From assembly GCA_963850905.1 (NCBI GenBank), contig CAWKMU010000003.1, positions 2,080,001 to 2,144,000 of the forward strand: DNA of 64,000 nt, read 5' to 3'. The notes under the pieces are model-generated. The model ran no database searches, was not told the DNA's origin, and saw only the letters and a program-made list of their open reading frames with translations. The position numbers were made by a program, and so were the translations under genes. The stretch is from an uncultured Gemmatimonadales bacterium. GTDB taxonomy: Bacteria; Gemmatimonadota; Gemmatimonadetes; Gemmatimonadales; Gemmatimonadaceae. Below, in pieces: positions 53,656 to 64,000 of this stretch (its first letter is position 1; every line of letters starts with the position of its first letter).

Positions 53656-55332
53656 ATGACCCGACCGCCAATCGTGAAGCTGTTACGGCTGCTCATCTGC
53701 CTTGTCCCCGCCGCGCTGTCGGCGCAGGCCACAGCCACCCATCAACTCACGATTGGCACGCGCCTCGAGGGTACGCTCACACCCGGGTCGATCGACACCT
53801 ACACACTGGCGGTCCATGCGGGTGACCTTGTCACTCTCAAGGTGGTGGATAGCAGCGGGGCCGTGATCGCATCCCTCTTCGATCCAGCCCGCAAGCTCAA
53901 ACGAGCATTCTTGTCGACGCTGCTCGAGGGCGAGCCGATCAGGTTCCGCGCGAGCGAGTCAGGGACATGGCGCGTGTCGGTGTCGGCTTCCGCCAAGGAC
54001 GTGCGCGCCAGTTACGCGATCACCCTGCTCGGCGACGCCGCCCCGCGACCGGTCCCGGCACCCCCGGACTCCAACAGGAGCGAACGGATCGCAGGACTCA
54101 AGACACCGGCGGATGTGACCCGGTTTTGGCGCGATGGGGGCGCTCAGGGAAGCCCGCTGATCGAAGACGTCAAGGGTGACCCCAAGTCCAGCCTGGTGTC
54201 GTTTCTCTGGCGGGGGGATCAGGCAACCCGCGGTGTGCTGGTCTTGTACCAGCCCTGCTACCGAGAGGCAACGAAGTGCTTGATGACGCGTGTCGCGGGA
54301 ACGGACCTGTGGTACAAGTCGATCCGTATGGATCGCCGCACGCGTACCAACTACACGATCGTGCCGAACCCGCCGCACTTCACCGACCGGACGTTCGGCG
54401 ATTCGGGCGTTCAGGCGGTCGTCGACGCTGCGCAGCAGCGCGATCCGCTGAACCAGCGGACAATGTTTGACGACCCACGGAGTCCCGACCTCGAGCCGTA
54501 CCGAAGTGCGTCGCTTCTCGAGCTGCCGGGCGCGCCACCCCAACCGTGGATTCAACGACGATCCGACATTCCGGCAGGGAAGCTCGACACGGCCCACATT
54601 GAGAGCAAACTGCTCAAGAACACGCGCAAGATCACCGTGTATACGCCGCCTGGATACTCGACGGCGGCACCTCCCTACGGGCTGCTGCTCGTGTTCGATG
54701 GCGACACCTACATCTATGTTGTCCCCACACCGATCATTCTGGACAATCTGATTGACGCCAAGCGAATTCCACCCGTCGTAGCTGTGATGATCGGCAACGT
54801 TGAGCGCGGCAGGGAACTGCCATGCAACCCGACCTTTGCCGATTTTCTGAGCACCGAATTGGTGCCGTGGTTGCGCAGCCACTACAACGTCACCACTGAC
54901 CCGCGGCAGGTCACGATCGGCGGGTCGAGCTACGGCGGGTTGGCGGCGACGTGGGCTGGGCTGCGGCACCCCGAGACGTTCGGGAACATCCTCTCGCAGT
55001 CCGGATCGTACTGGTGGACGCCACCCCCCGACACGTCCAAGCCCGACAATTTCGCTCCGGAGGCCGACCCGAGCTACGTCGCGCAGTTGTTTGCGGCGAG
55101 CCCGAAGTTGCCGCTGCGCTTCTATCTCGATGCCGGATCGATGGAGCTGGACATGACTGGCCGCGGCGGGTCGATCCTCGTGCCGAACCGGCATCTCCGT
55201 GATGTGTTACGCGCCAAGGGCTATGATGTGTCGTATCGCGAGTTCATTGGAGCCCACGACTATGCGAGCTGGCGAGAGACGCTGGCTGACGGCCTCATTC
55301 TTCTGATCGGCACGCCGCCAAGCGCTTCCTAG
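53656..55332 (+). CDS. Exported enterochelin-esterase (Fes)-like esterase with N-terminal PPC-like domain
   Basis: GGAG RBS; signal peptide; VSFLWRG, VYTPPGY, FDG, GGSSYGG, SQSGS, GAHDY. Confidence 0.85.
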   Translation: MTRPPIVKLLRLLICLVPAALSAQATATHQLTIGTRLEGTLTPGSIDTYTLAVHAGDLVTLKVVDSSGAVIASLFDPARKLKRAFLSTLLEGEPIRFRASESGTWRVSVSASAKDVRASYAITLLGDAAPRPVPAPPDSNRSERIAGLKTPADVTRFWRDGGAQGSPLIEDVKGDPKSSLVSFLWRGDQATRGVLVLYQPCYREATKCLMTRVAGTDLWYKSIRMDRRTRTNYTIVPNPPHFTDRTFGDSGVQAVVDAAQQRDPLNQRTMFDDPRSPDLEPYRSASLLELPGAPPQPWIQRRSDIPAGKLDTAHIESKLLKNTRKITVYTPPGYSTAAPPYGLLLVFDGDTYIYVVPTPIILDNLIDAKRIPPVVAVMIGNVERGRELPCNPTFADFLSTELVPWLRSHYNVTTDPRQVTIGGSSYGGLAATWAGLRHPETFGNILSQSGSYWWTPPPDTSKPDNFAPEADPSYVAQLFAASPKLPLRFYLDAGSMELDMTGRGGSILVPNRHLRDVLRAKGYDVSYREFIGAHDYASWRETLADGLILLIGTPPSAS

Positions 55333-55354
55333 CCGACTAGGAGTCCCCTCGGCT

Positions 55355-57191
55355 CTAGCCACCAGCATCCCTGGCCGCGGCTATCACATATTGGGGAACG
55401 AGCACATCGCGCCACCGGCGCCAGATCCCATAGCGTTGGTAGTCGGCGCCGGTGATCACCACCGCGATGTCGAGCTCGGGCAGCACGATCAGGAACTGTC
55501 CACCGTTGCCATTGGCCTCGTACTCGCGGAACGTGCGGCCACCGCTCGTCAGTGTGTGTCGATGCCAGGCGTACCCGTCGGCGTCCGCGGTCCCTGCGGG
55601 CCCGACCTGCTGCGCGGTGGATTCATCGACCCAGGCCTTCGTGACGATCCGTCGACCATTCCACACGCCGCCCTGCAGGTATGCGACGCCGAACTTGAGC
55701 AGGTCGCGAGGGATGATCTGCACGCCGCCGCCGAAATACGCCTGACCGGTCGGCATGAGGTTGACGAAATAGCGCTGAAACTGGAGCGGCGTTGCGACCC
55801 ACCTGTCGAAGAGCGCCGGGAGCCACGCGTGTTCCACCGCCGCGACCACGCCGCCAGCCAAATTCATCGTGGCCGAGCAGTACGCGTAGTGTTGTCCCGG
55901 ATCGTGCGTCATGGGCAGGTCGAGCGTGTACTTGTACCAGTCCGGCTGGGCCTGCTGCGACTGCATCACATCCTCGTTGCCGGGCGCCGGGTCTCCATTG
56001 TCGTCGCATGCGAGACCGGTGCTGTGCGTCAGGAGCTCGCCCAACGTGATCCGCAGCTTGCGGGGATCCGCATTCGCGAACGGCGTGTCGCCCCCGAACG
56101 CGGCGTAGACGCGCGTCGACGGACCGATCGGTGCACCGTGCATCATCGCGGCCCCGACGAGGACCGACGCGAATGTCTTGGATGCCGACCGAAGGTCGTG
56201 GGGCCGCGATCGATAGAAGCCGTAGAAGTACTCGTCCAGCACCAGCTTCCCATGCCGGGCGACGAGCACCGACTGAATGAGTGGCGTCGTGTCGATCAGG
56301 GGGTCGCCGTGCGCGACGTAGCGAACCAACTCCGCCAACCGGTTCTCGTCGAGGCCAACCGTCCCGGCGCGTGCCGTCGCCCATCCATCGGGCGCCGGCA
56401 GGGGAGCTCGATATTCATATTCGGTTCCCGTTGGAGTCCGCGGGTAGAGGCCGATCGCGTTGTCGCGATCGCGGCGCGTGAGCACGACCGGACGGCCCAG
56501 GTCGCCCCATGGAACGGTGAGTTGCTGCTGGGCGGAATCGTAGGTGGCCCCGATCGGGGATGGTCCGTTGCGACGCCCCTGGGCCGTGTCGGTGAATCGC
56601 ACGGTCGCGCCGGTTCGCTCGACCAAGAACGCCGCGGCACCACCGCGGGAGTTGGCCTCCGGATTGTGAAAGGAGCCGACCAATGACCCATCAGGACGCC
56701 GCCTGACGGTCAGGTACAGAGAGAAGCGTTCGTCCAGTGGGACGACGTCACCACGCCAGAGGCTGGAGGTGTGGTTGCCCGCTGCGCGATCGAGCCGAAG
56801 CGGCGAGGCGTATGGCACTCCCATGACGGGGCCGGGCGGCTGGATCCAGAACCCGACGATCGCCAGGCTGTCGGCGAGCATATGTCCGCGAAACTGCCCC
56901 TGGCGGTCGGGAAGGACGATCCAGAATGCTATCGCGGCTGGTTCTGGCCGCTGTCTCGAATCCAGCGATGCGCGCGTCCCAACCATCGGGCGTCCGCACG
57001 ACCGTCAACTCACCGCGGACCAGCGGACCGTAGATGTCTTCCGCGCCCCACGCGCCGACCAGGCCCGTGTCGGAAGCCGTCGGCGCCCCCGGGGCGTGCG
57101 ATCCAGCCGGTACCTCAGCTGGAACGCGTACGGCGACCGCGACGAGCAGAGCGAGAACGTGAGCTGACAGCGGCAACCAGACCACGCCCAT
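55355..57191 (-). CDS. Beta-lactamase-family serine hydrolase; +1 frameshift at 56923-56928
   Basis: TGATG overlap with the upstream gene; RSASK (SxxK), LTHSTG, YCS, GNGGQ. Removing one base joins RTSRDSI|WIVLPD (611 aa). Confidence 0.87.
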
Positions 57192-59333
57192 CAGTGCGCA
57201 TTCAGTGCTGTGACCGGCGCCCCCGCTTGTCGCGGGATGACGGGTAAGACGACGTGCGACGGGTGCTCCGGGTCGTGCAAGATCCGCTGATGCGCCACCA
57301 CGAACGTGCTGTCATGCTCGTTGTTCCCGCCGGTATTCAGGTTGCGATCAAACTTGGGGAAGAGGGCTGACGAGACCGTCACCCGGATGCGGTGACCGGG
57401 CTCGAAGACGCGCGACGTGAACCAGAGATCGATGTCGTACCGTTCGATGCTTCCTGGCGTGAGCAGCACTTCCTTATCGAAGCCGTGCCGGAAGCGGGCC
57501 CGCATCAAACCGTCCTGCACTCGCTGCGCGTGGCCGTCCGGAAACACGTCAAGCAGCATCACGTTCCAGTCGGCATCTTTGGCATCGCTCGCGGCCCACA
57601 GCGTGGCCGACATCTGGCCGGTTACCTCGATGGGGTTCGTGAGCGGCTTCGACGTGAAGACGAGCTCATCATGTCGCGACGCATTGAGCTCGGTGTAGTC
57701 CTCGTTGAGCGACTCCTCGAGCTCACGGGAATCGATCAGAAAAGGCGTCGGGTCCGCCGGATTGTAGGCGAACGTGTCCGCCGCGGCGCCCGTTGGAGGG
57801 ATCGTGTCGAGTACGCCGTCACCGGCGCTCGTATTCGCGCCTCCGCCCGATGCCAGATACCAGTTGGTGGGCACCTGGCGAGCGAGGGGCCACGAGGCTT
57901 CATGCCGCCAGACGTTGTCCCCGAATACGAAGATGTCGACCGGCGGCTCGCGGTCCACGCCGTTGTCCTTGCCGAGCAGGTAATGATCGAACCAGCGGAG
58001 CTGCAGGCGTCGCGTCTCGACGCGTGATTGCGGTCCGAACTCACCGGCGACGTAGTCGACGCCCTTGTGCGCTCCAGGCCCCATCACGAGGCGAATGAAT
58101 GGGTGGCCCGGTACCTTGTTGAGCGCGTCGGTATAGTCGATCGGGCCACGCGAGTCATCGTACCACCCCGAGATCTGCAGCACCGGCGCACGCTCTTTCG
58201 CGATATTCGTCGTCACCGCGTGCGCGCGCCAGTATGCATCGAGGTCCGGGTGCGCGATCCAGCGATCCCAAAGCGGCACGTCACCGCACCCCAGCCGCTG
58301 GGGCAAGGTGCTGAGTGGCAGGTGGGTGAGGGCCGAGCCAATGTCCAGGTCGCCGACATCCTGCAGCGTGCGCGCACGCATGAGGCACGCCCACGCCACA
58401 TTGATCGGCGAAAACACCATCTCCTCGTAGGGAACGATCCGCCACGGGTCACCCGACGCAGCCGAGGGCGCGATGGCGGCAAGGTGCGGCGGCGCACTGA
58501 CGGCAGCGTACCACGCGAGCCGCCCCTCGTCCGAGTGCCCGATCAACCCGACCCGGCCATTGGCGCCCGGTAGCTTCGCCGCCCACTCGACCGCGTCGTA
58601 GCCGTCACGCACGTCGGTGTCGTAATCGCCGAAGTCCTTGCCGTCGGAGACGTCGCGGCCACGGACGTGCTGCGCGACGAAGATGTACCCTCGCGACGCC
58701 CAGTAACGGCCGGCAGGATGCAGAGATGCGAGTGTACGGCGTTCGTTGCAGCACGACGCCGAACGGCCCCTTACCGACCGGACGCGCAACGTACGCAGCC
58801 AGCCGCGCCCCGTCTCGGGTCTTCATGAAGACCAGGGTGTCCTCGGTCACCGCGTACTGCGAATCGGACACGGCCCCGGGCCACAACAAGTACGGCTGCT
58901 CCACCACGAACGGTGTGGAGCGGCGCACGAGACGAATGCGCTGGCCAGCGGGCTTGCCATCCCGTAGCAGCACGCCCGTGAGCGTGTCGCCGTGCCAGGC
59001 CGCGTCGATCGATCGGCTGCTATCGTCGCTGAGGATGACCGAGTCCGACCGCTGCGCGACGTGCGTCACGACGAGCATCGGCTCGCCAGTGCGGCGCCGG
59101 ACGGATCCTGCAGGGGTCGAGTCGCCGGCGGCGAAGTGCGCGAACGCCATCCGTCGCCACCCCTCGAAGCCCGGGAGCGTTGTCGCGCCTCTCGCCAGAT
59201 AGGCATCCCAGTCGCCGGCGAGGGAATGCGAGCCTCCAGTTGGCGCGCACGCCGCGGCAGCCCACAGAACGAGGCCAAGGGTGATGGCGCACGCTGGTGC
59301 GCGCCGGACAGGCACGAAGCGGATACAGCGCAT
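57191..59333 (-). CDS. CocE/NonD family hydrolase (lipoprotein-like) with extra N-terminal domain; +1 frameshift ~58722-58728
   Basis: GAGG RBS; AAAC lipobox; TRDG, QRTPYTRI|LHPAGRYW, HVRGR, GHSDEG, GWYD, GPGAH, FPKFDRNLNTG (713 aa repaired). Confidence 0.85.
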
Positions 59334-59513
59334 AGTCGGTGCCTCGGAAGGTTGGCGAAAGACGCCCGCGCGTCGGGAGGGGAGAATATGCGCTTGGCCG
59401 GACGGACGCCAGCGTGAACGGCCCGCCTCCCGAGCGACGTGGTGGTGGCATATCATATGTTGAGTGAACATGCCGTCGCCGCTCCTCGACCCGAACCTCG
59501 GACCCCTGCTCCC

Positions 59514-60224
59514 GTGCGCATCGGCGACATGAACTGGATGCAGGTGGAGGAGTACCTCCGTCGCGACGACCGCGCGGTTCTCCCGCTCGGCAGCACGGAA
59601 CAGCACAGCCACCTCCGCCTGACGGTCGACTGCATCCTGCCGGAGCGTGTCGCAGCCGAAGCGGCTGAGCCCTTGGGCGTGCCGGTCTTCCCCGTCGTGG
59701 CCTACGGGGTGACACCGTATTTCCGCGAATTTCCGGGAACGATCTCGCTCCGGGTGGAGACGCACCTGCACATAGTCGGCGATATCCTCGACAGCATGGC
59801 GCACAGTGGGTTCCGCCGCATTCTCATCGTCAATGGCCACGGCGGCAACGGCGCGGTGCAACAATTCGCGCAGGAGTGGACTGCCGATCACGCGAACTGC
59901 CGCGTGATGTTTCACAACTGGTGGAATGCGCCGCGTACCTGGGCCAAGGTGCAGGCGATCGACCCGATCGCTTCGCACGGGTCGTGGATGGAGAACTTTC
60001 CGTGGACCCGACTGCCGGGCATCCATCTCCCGACGACGCAGCGTCCCATGGTGAGCGCTGAGCAGGTGCGTGCGCTCGATCCGGCGGCGCTCCGCAAGCA
60101 CATCGGCGACGGCAATTTTGGCGGCCTGTACCAACGGTCCGACGCGGAGATGCTCGCGATTTGGGACATCGCGGTCGATGAGACACGGGCCCTGCTGTCC
60201 GGATCCTGGGGCAGCGCGTCGTAG
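59514..60224 (+). CDS. Creatininase family amidohydrolase (start could be upstream)
   Basis: MNWMQVE, PLGSTEQH...D, FPGT, NGHGGN, SHGSWME. Confidence 0.92.
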   Translation: MRIGDMNWMQVEEYLRRDDRAVLPLGSTEQHSHLRLTVDCILPERVAAEAAEPLGVPVFPVVAYGVTPYFREFPGTISLRVETHLHIVGDILDSMAHSGFRRILIVNGHGGNGAVQQFAQEWTADHANCRVMFHNWWNAPRTWAKVQAIDPIASHGSWMENFPWTRLPGIHLPTTQRPMVSAEQVRALDPAALRKHIGDGNFGGLYQRSDAEMLAIWDIAVDETRALLSGSWGSAS

Positions 60225-60237
60225 CAGGCCACCGACG

Positions 60238-61263
60238 ATGCGAAGTCTCGTGTGGGGCGCTGGCGCGATCGGCGGCACGATGGGTGCGCACCTCGCGCGC
60301 GCGGGCCACGACGTGACCCTGGTCGACGTCGTCGAGGAGCACGTGGCGGCCATCAATTGCGCAGGGCTCCACATCACGGGGCCCATCGCCAGCTTCACGA
60401 CTCTCGTTCCCGCTTTCACACCCGCCACGCTGACTGGCACGTGGGACACGATCGTGCTCGCGACGAAGGCCCACCACACCGAAGCTGCGGTGCGGACGCT
60501 CTTACCATTCCTGAGCCCTCCTGGATGCGTCGTATCCGCTCAGAACGGACTCAACGAGCTCGCCATCGCGAGCGTGGTGGGTCGGCAGCGAACCGTCGGC
60601 GCATTCCTGAACTTCGGGGCCGACTATCTGGGGCCGGGTGTGATTCACTATGGCGGACGCGGGGCTGTTGTCGTCGGCGAGATCGATGGCCGCGTCACGC
60701 CCCGAGCTACTGTGATCCGTGATGCGTGGCGCGACTTCGACGACCGAGCCGTCGTCACACCCAACATCTGGGGCTTCCTGTGGGGGAAAGAAGCGTACGG
60801 CGCGATGCTGTTCGCGACGGCGCTCACCGATGAGTCGATTGCGGACGCCCTCGCGATGCTACGCTATCGGGAGCTCTACATCGCGCTGGCACGCGAGATC
60901 CTGGCAGTGGCGGACGCACGTGGAGTGACACCAGAGGCGTTCGACGGATTCGATCCGGCCGCGTACGCGCTGACCGGACCGCCCGGCGCTGCCTCGGCGT
61001 CGCTCGATGCTCTCGTTGCGTTCAACCGTCGCTCGGCCAAGTCGCACAGCGGCATCTGGCGCGACCTCGCCGTGCGCAAACGCCGCACGGAAGTGGATGC
61101 CCAGTTGGGCATCGTGGTGCAGCTCGCCCGGGACGCGGGCATCGCGGCCCCGCTGACCGCGCGCCTCGTCGACTTGATTCATGATATTGAGGCCGGCGGA
61201 CGCCCCCAGTCGCTCGAGACCCTGGATGCACTCGCGGCGACCACCGCGAATATCGACTCGTGA
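60238..61263 (+). CDS. Ketopantoate reductase (ApbA/PanE) family protein
   Basis: WGAGAIGG, ATKA, SAQNG, WGK, SGIWRDL...TEVD. Confidence 0.9.
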   Translation: MRSLVWGAGAIGGTMGAHLARAGHDVTLVDVVEEHVAAINCAGLHITGPIASFTTLVPAFTPATLTGTWDTIVLATKAHHTEAAVRTLLPFLSPPGCVVSAQNGLNELAIASVVGRQRTVGAFLNFGADYLGPGVIHYGGRGAVVVGEIDGRVTPRATVIRDAWRDFDDRAVVTPNIWGFLWGKEAYGAMLFATALTDESIADALAMLRYRELYIALAREILAVADARGVTPEAFDGFDPAAYALTGPPGAASASLDALVAFNRRSAKSHSGIWRDLAVRKRRTEVDAQLGIVVQLARDAGIAAPLTARLVDLIHDIEAGGRPQSLETLDALAATTANIDS

Positions 61264-62027
61264 CGCACGCTCTCGACGGGAAGATCGCCATCGTCACCGG
61301 AGCCGCGCACGGGTTCGGGCGCGCGATCAGCATTGCGTTGGCCGAGCGCGGCGCAAGCGTATGGTCCTGCGACGTGATCGAGGGAAAGCTGGCCGAGACG
61401 GCGCGTCAATGTGCCGCCCGTGGTGGGACGTGCGCCGTCCGCGTGGTGGACGTGCGCGACCGCACCGCGGTGCAGGCACTCGTCGCGCAGGCATCGGCCG
61501 CGACGGACCGCGTCGACATCTTGGTGAATAATGCCGGAGGTGTGCTTGGCCAGGTCGGACGGCCGCTGGAGCAGGTGACGCCGGAAGAGTGGCAGAGCAT
61601 CTTCGACGTGAACGTGACCGGCGCATTCAATTGTGCCCAGGCCGTCGCGCCCGGTATGAAAGCGGCCCGCGCGGGGCGAATCATCAACATCTCGAGCGGT
61701 GCCGGCTTGGGCATCAGCCTCACTGGAATCCAGGCGTACGCCTCTGCGAAGGCGGCGCAGATCGGCCTGACTCGACAGTTGGCGCATGAGCTTGGGCCGT
61801 GGGGCATAACGGTCAACAACATCGCGCCGGGATTTGTTCGCTCCAACCCGACGACCGAGCGTCAATGGCAGTCCTATGGCGCCGACCGCCAGCGGGCGCT
61901 AGTCGAAGCCATAGCACTCAAGCGGTTGGGCACGCCGGAGGACATTGCCTTCGGCGTCCTGTTCTTCGCGTCCGACCAGGCGAACTGGATCACCGGCCAG
62001 GTGCTCTCCATCGATGGCGGCAAATGA
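61260..62027 (+). CDS. Short-chain dehydrogenase/reductase
   Basis: GTGA overlap; TGAAHGFG, NNAG, NISS, YASAK, APG. Confidence 0.94.
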   Translation: MTHALDGKIAIVTGAAHGFGRAISIALAERGASVWSCDVIEGKLAETARQCAARGGTCAVRVVDVRDRTAVQALVAQASAATDRVDILVNNAGGVLGQVGRPLEQVTPEEWQSIFDVNVTGAFNCAQAVAPGMKAARAGRIINISSGAGLGISLTGIQAYASAKAAQIGLTRQLAHELGPWGITVNNIAPGFVRSNPTTERQWQSYGADRQRALVEAIALKRLGTPEDIAFGVLFFASDQANWITGQVLSIDGGK

Positions 62028-63439
62028 TGGCGATCGCGCCACTGCTGGCACGGCTGCGTGCGTCCCATGAGCGAGCGCTCTCGGACCTGATGGAGTTCGC
62101 TCGCATCCCGAGCGTCAGCACCGATCCCGCGCACGCGGGCGACGTGAGTGCGGCGGCGCGGTGGGTTGCGGCGGCGCTCGCGGCGGCCGGACCGTTCGCA
62201 GTCCGGACGATGCCGACGACAGGCAACCCGGTCGTGTACGCCGAGTGGCGCGGCGCGCCTGGGAAGCGAACAGTGCTCGTGTACGGCCACTACGATGTCC
62301 AGCCGCCCGACCCTGTCGACAAGTGGGTGAGCCCGCCCTGGGTGCCGACGGTGCGCGATGGGCGTCTCTACGCGCGCGGCGTCTCCGACGACAAAGGGCC
62401 GATGCTGATTCCGATCGTGGTGGCCGCGGCGTTTTTTGCGGAGACGGGCGGCCTACCAGTGAACGTCAAATGCCTCTTCGAGGGCGAGGAGGAGATCGGG
62501 AGCCCGAGCCTCGATGCGTTCATTCGAGAGAACCGCGATCTGTTGGCCGCGGACGTCGTCCTGTCGGCCGACGGTGCGATGTGGCGCATCGATGAGCCAT
62601 CGTTGACGCTCGCGAGTCGAGGGCTGGCGGCGCTCGAGCTGACCCTGACCGCTGCATCGAAGGATCTGCATTCGGGCCGGCACGGTGGGGCGGTCGCCAA
62701 CCCGTTGCATGCGATGGCACGGCTGATCGCGACGCTGCATGACGCCGACGGCCGCGTCGCTGTCGCCGGGTTCTACGACAGGGTGCTGGAGCTGACCGCG
62801 ACGGAGCGAGCCGCGATCGCCGCGCTGCCATTCGACGAAGCGATATACCTCGCGCAGGTAGGCGCGCCATCGCCGTTCGGTGAAACCGGGTACACGACGC
62901 TCGAACGCCTGTGGACGCGTCCAACGCTCGAGGTCAACGGGATGTGGGGCGGGTACCAGGGGCCGGGGCAGAAGACGGTCATCCCCGGAGAGGCGCACGC
63001 GAAGATCACCTGCCGTCTCGTGCCGAGCCAGGACCCGGCAGAGGTGGTCGGTCTCGTCACTCGTCACCTCGAGGCTCACGTGCCGGCCGGTACGCGGCTG
63101 GCCGTCGACGCCGGCACACACGGGGCTCGTCCGGCCGCCATCCCGGCCGATCACTTTGCTCTGCGTGCGGCCGACGTCGCGCTTCACGCGGTCTATGGCG
63201 TGCGGCCATTGATCGTGCGCATGGGCGGCACGGTCCCCGTCGCGGAGCTCTTCGAGCGATATATGGGACTGCACACGGTCTTTTTCTCGTTCTCGACCGC
63301 TGACGAAGACTATCACGCGCCCAACGAGTTCTTTCGCATCCACCGGCTGCACGAAGGGCTCGAGGCGTGGGCACGGTACCTCGAGCTGCTCGGGACCGGC
63401 GCACAGCTGAGCATCGAGAAGGCTCGGGAGGCGGGTTGA
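62024..63439 (+). CDS. M20 family dipeptidase (ArgE/DapE/CNDP-like)
   Basis: ATGA overlap; YGHYDVQP, RGVSDDKG, EGEEE, DLHSG, HAPNE. Confidence 0.93.
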   Translation: MMAIAPLLARLRASHERALSDLMEFARIPSVSTDPAHAGDVSAAARWVAAALAAAGPFAVRTMPTTGNPVVYAEWRGAPGKRTVLVYGHYDVQPPDPVDKWVSPPWVPTVRDGRLYARGVSDDKGPMLIPIVVAAAFFAETGGLPVNVKCLFEGEEEIGSPSLDAFIRENRDLLAADVVLSADGAMWRIDEPSLTLASRGLAALELTLTAASKDLHSGRHGGAVANPLHAMARLIATLHDADGRVAVAGFYDRVLELTATERAAIAALPFDEAIYLAQVGAPSPFGETGYTTLERLWTRPTLEVNGMWGGYQGPGQKTVIPGEAHAKITCRLVPSQDPAEVVGLVTRHLEAHVPAGTRLAVDAGTHGARPAAIPADHFALRAADVALHAVYGVRPLIVRMGGTVPVAELFERYMGLHTVFFSFSTADEDYHAPNEFFRIHRLHEGLEAWARYLELLGTGAQLSIEKAREAG

Positions 63440-63441
63440 GC

Positions 63442-64000
63442 ATGCTAAAGGAGCAAAGCCGGGAAGCTCCTGGCATTCGGCTTCTCGAGTGGGTGCTCCA
63501 GGACGTGCGCTACGCGTGGCGCGGCTTGCGGGCACGGCCAGCGTTTAGCGCGGGTATCGCACTGACGTTGGCGCTGGGCATCGGTGCGAACACCACGATG
63601 TTCGGCATCGTCGACCGCCTGATGCTTCGATCGCCAACCTACCTCGTGGATGCGGACCACGTCCATCGCGTCTACATGACCCACATCAACGCTCGGCAGG
63701 AGATCATCCAGGAAAGCACATCGCTTGCCCGCTACCGGGATTTCCAGCGGTGGACGCACTCGTTCTCGAACATTGCCGCGTTTGTGACATGGCGCATCGC
63801 GGTTGGCGAAGGTGAGACGACTCGGGAATGGCCGGTTGCCGGGGTGAGCGCGAGTTACTTCGACCTGTTCGACGCTCGTCCGGCGGCCGGACGCTATTTC
63901 ACGCCGGAGGAAGACCGCCTGCCGACCGGATCCCCGGTCGTGGTCCTGGGATATTCGTACTGGCAGACGCAGCTCGGCGGTCGGCGAGACGTACTTGGGC
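63442..64000 (+). CDS. ADOP/MacB-like ABC permease (3' end outside the window)
   Basis: Manual translation gives MLKEQ...QDVRYAWRGLRARPAFSAGIALTLALGIGANTTMFGIVDRLMLR; frame is open to the end of the window. Confidence 0.88.
   Translation, partial: MLKEQSREAPGIRLLEWVLQDVRYAWRGLRARPAFSAGIALTLALGIGANTTMFGIVDRLMLRSPTYLVDADHVHRVYMTHINARQEIIQESTSLARYRDFQRWTHSFSNIAAFVTWRIAVGEGETTREWPVAGVSASYFDLFDARPAAGRYFTPEEDRLPTGSPVVVLGYSYWQTQLGGRRDVLG

Noticed and set aside
59334..60479. Long N-terminal extension of ORF 58605-60479
   Set aside because: It is antisense to the creatininase and KPR-like genes; the real start is ATG 59333 with an RBS and signal peptide.

Overview
This is a GC-rich bacterial window with about 50 genes. 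Gene content suggests Gemmatimonadota, with Acidobacteria not excluded (ADOP-type permease, DUF5916 barrel, micro-ORF in front of an SSS symporter, TldD/E type); this taxonomy is inference. I saw no rRNA, tRNA, CRISPR array, transposase or integrase. Main content: (1) a complete form I aerobic Mo-Cu carbon monoxide dehydrogenase cluster at 27.1-34.7 kb (xdhC/coxF-YHS, coxD, coxE, coxG, coxM, coxS, coxL; CoxL carries AYRCSFR). (2) A dense set of mostly exported hydrolases: S9 peptidase, 2 CocE/NonD, 3 beta-lactamase-fold serine hydrolases, 3 esterases, M61-PDZ, CapA-family and a YncE-phosphoesterase, plus a Tat-signal alanine-racemase homologue. (3) Two MocR/GabR regulators with visible operator palindromes. 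(4) A creatininase / ketopantoate reductase-like / SDR / M20 operon. (5) A 132-bp heptamer-repeat MITE-like insertion with a 5-bp target duplication. (6) Five gene remnants with large deletions (tldD, tldE, nhaA, an amidohydrolase, a CHAT protein). Six apparent frameshifts, four of them in the cox genes, are the same lesion, AGATG->AGAATG. Four further lesions also sit at GATG/CATC. This points to a motif-specific sequencing artefact, probably methylation-linked, rather than real pseudogenisation. Family assignments come from motif recognition only; no database search was run.
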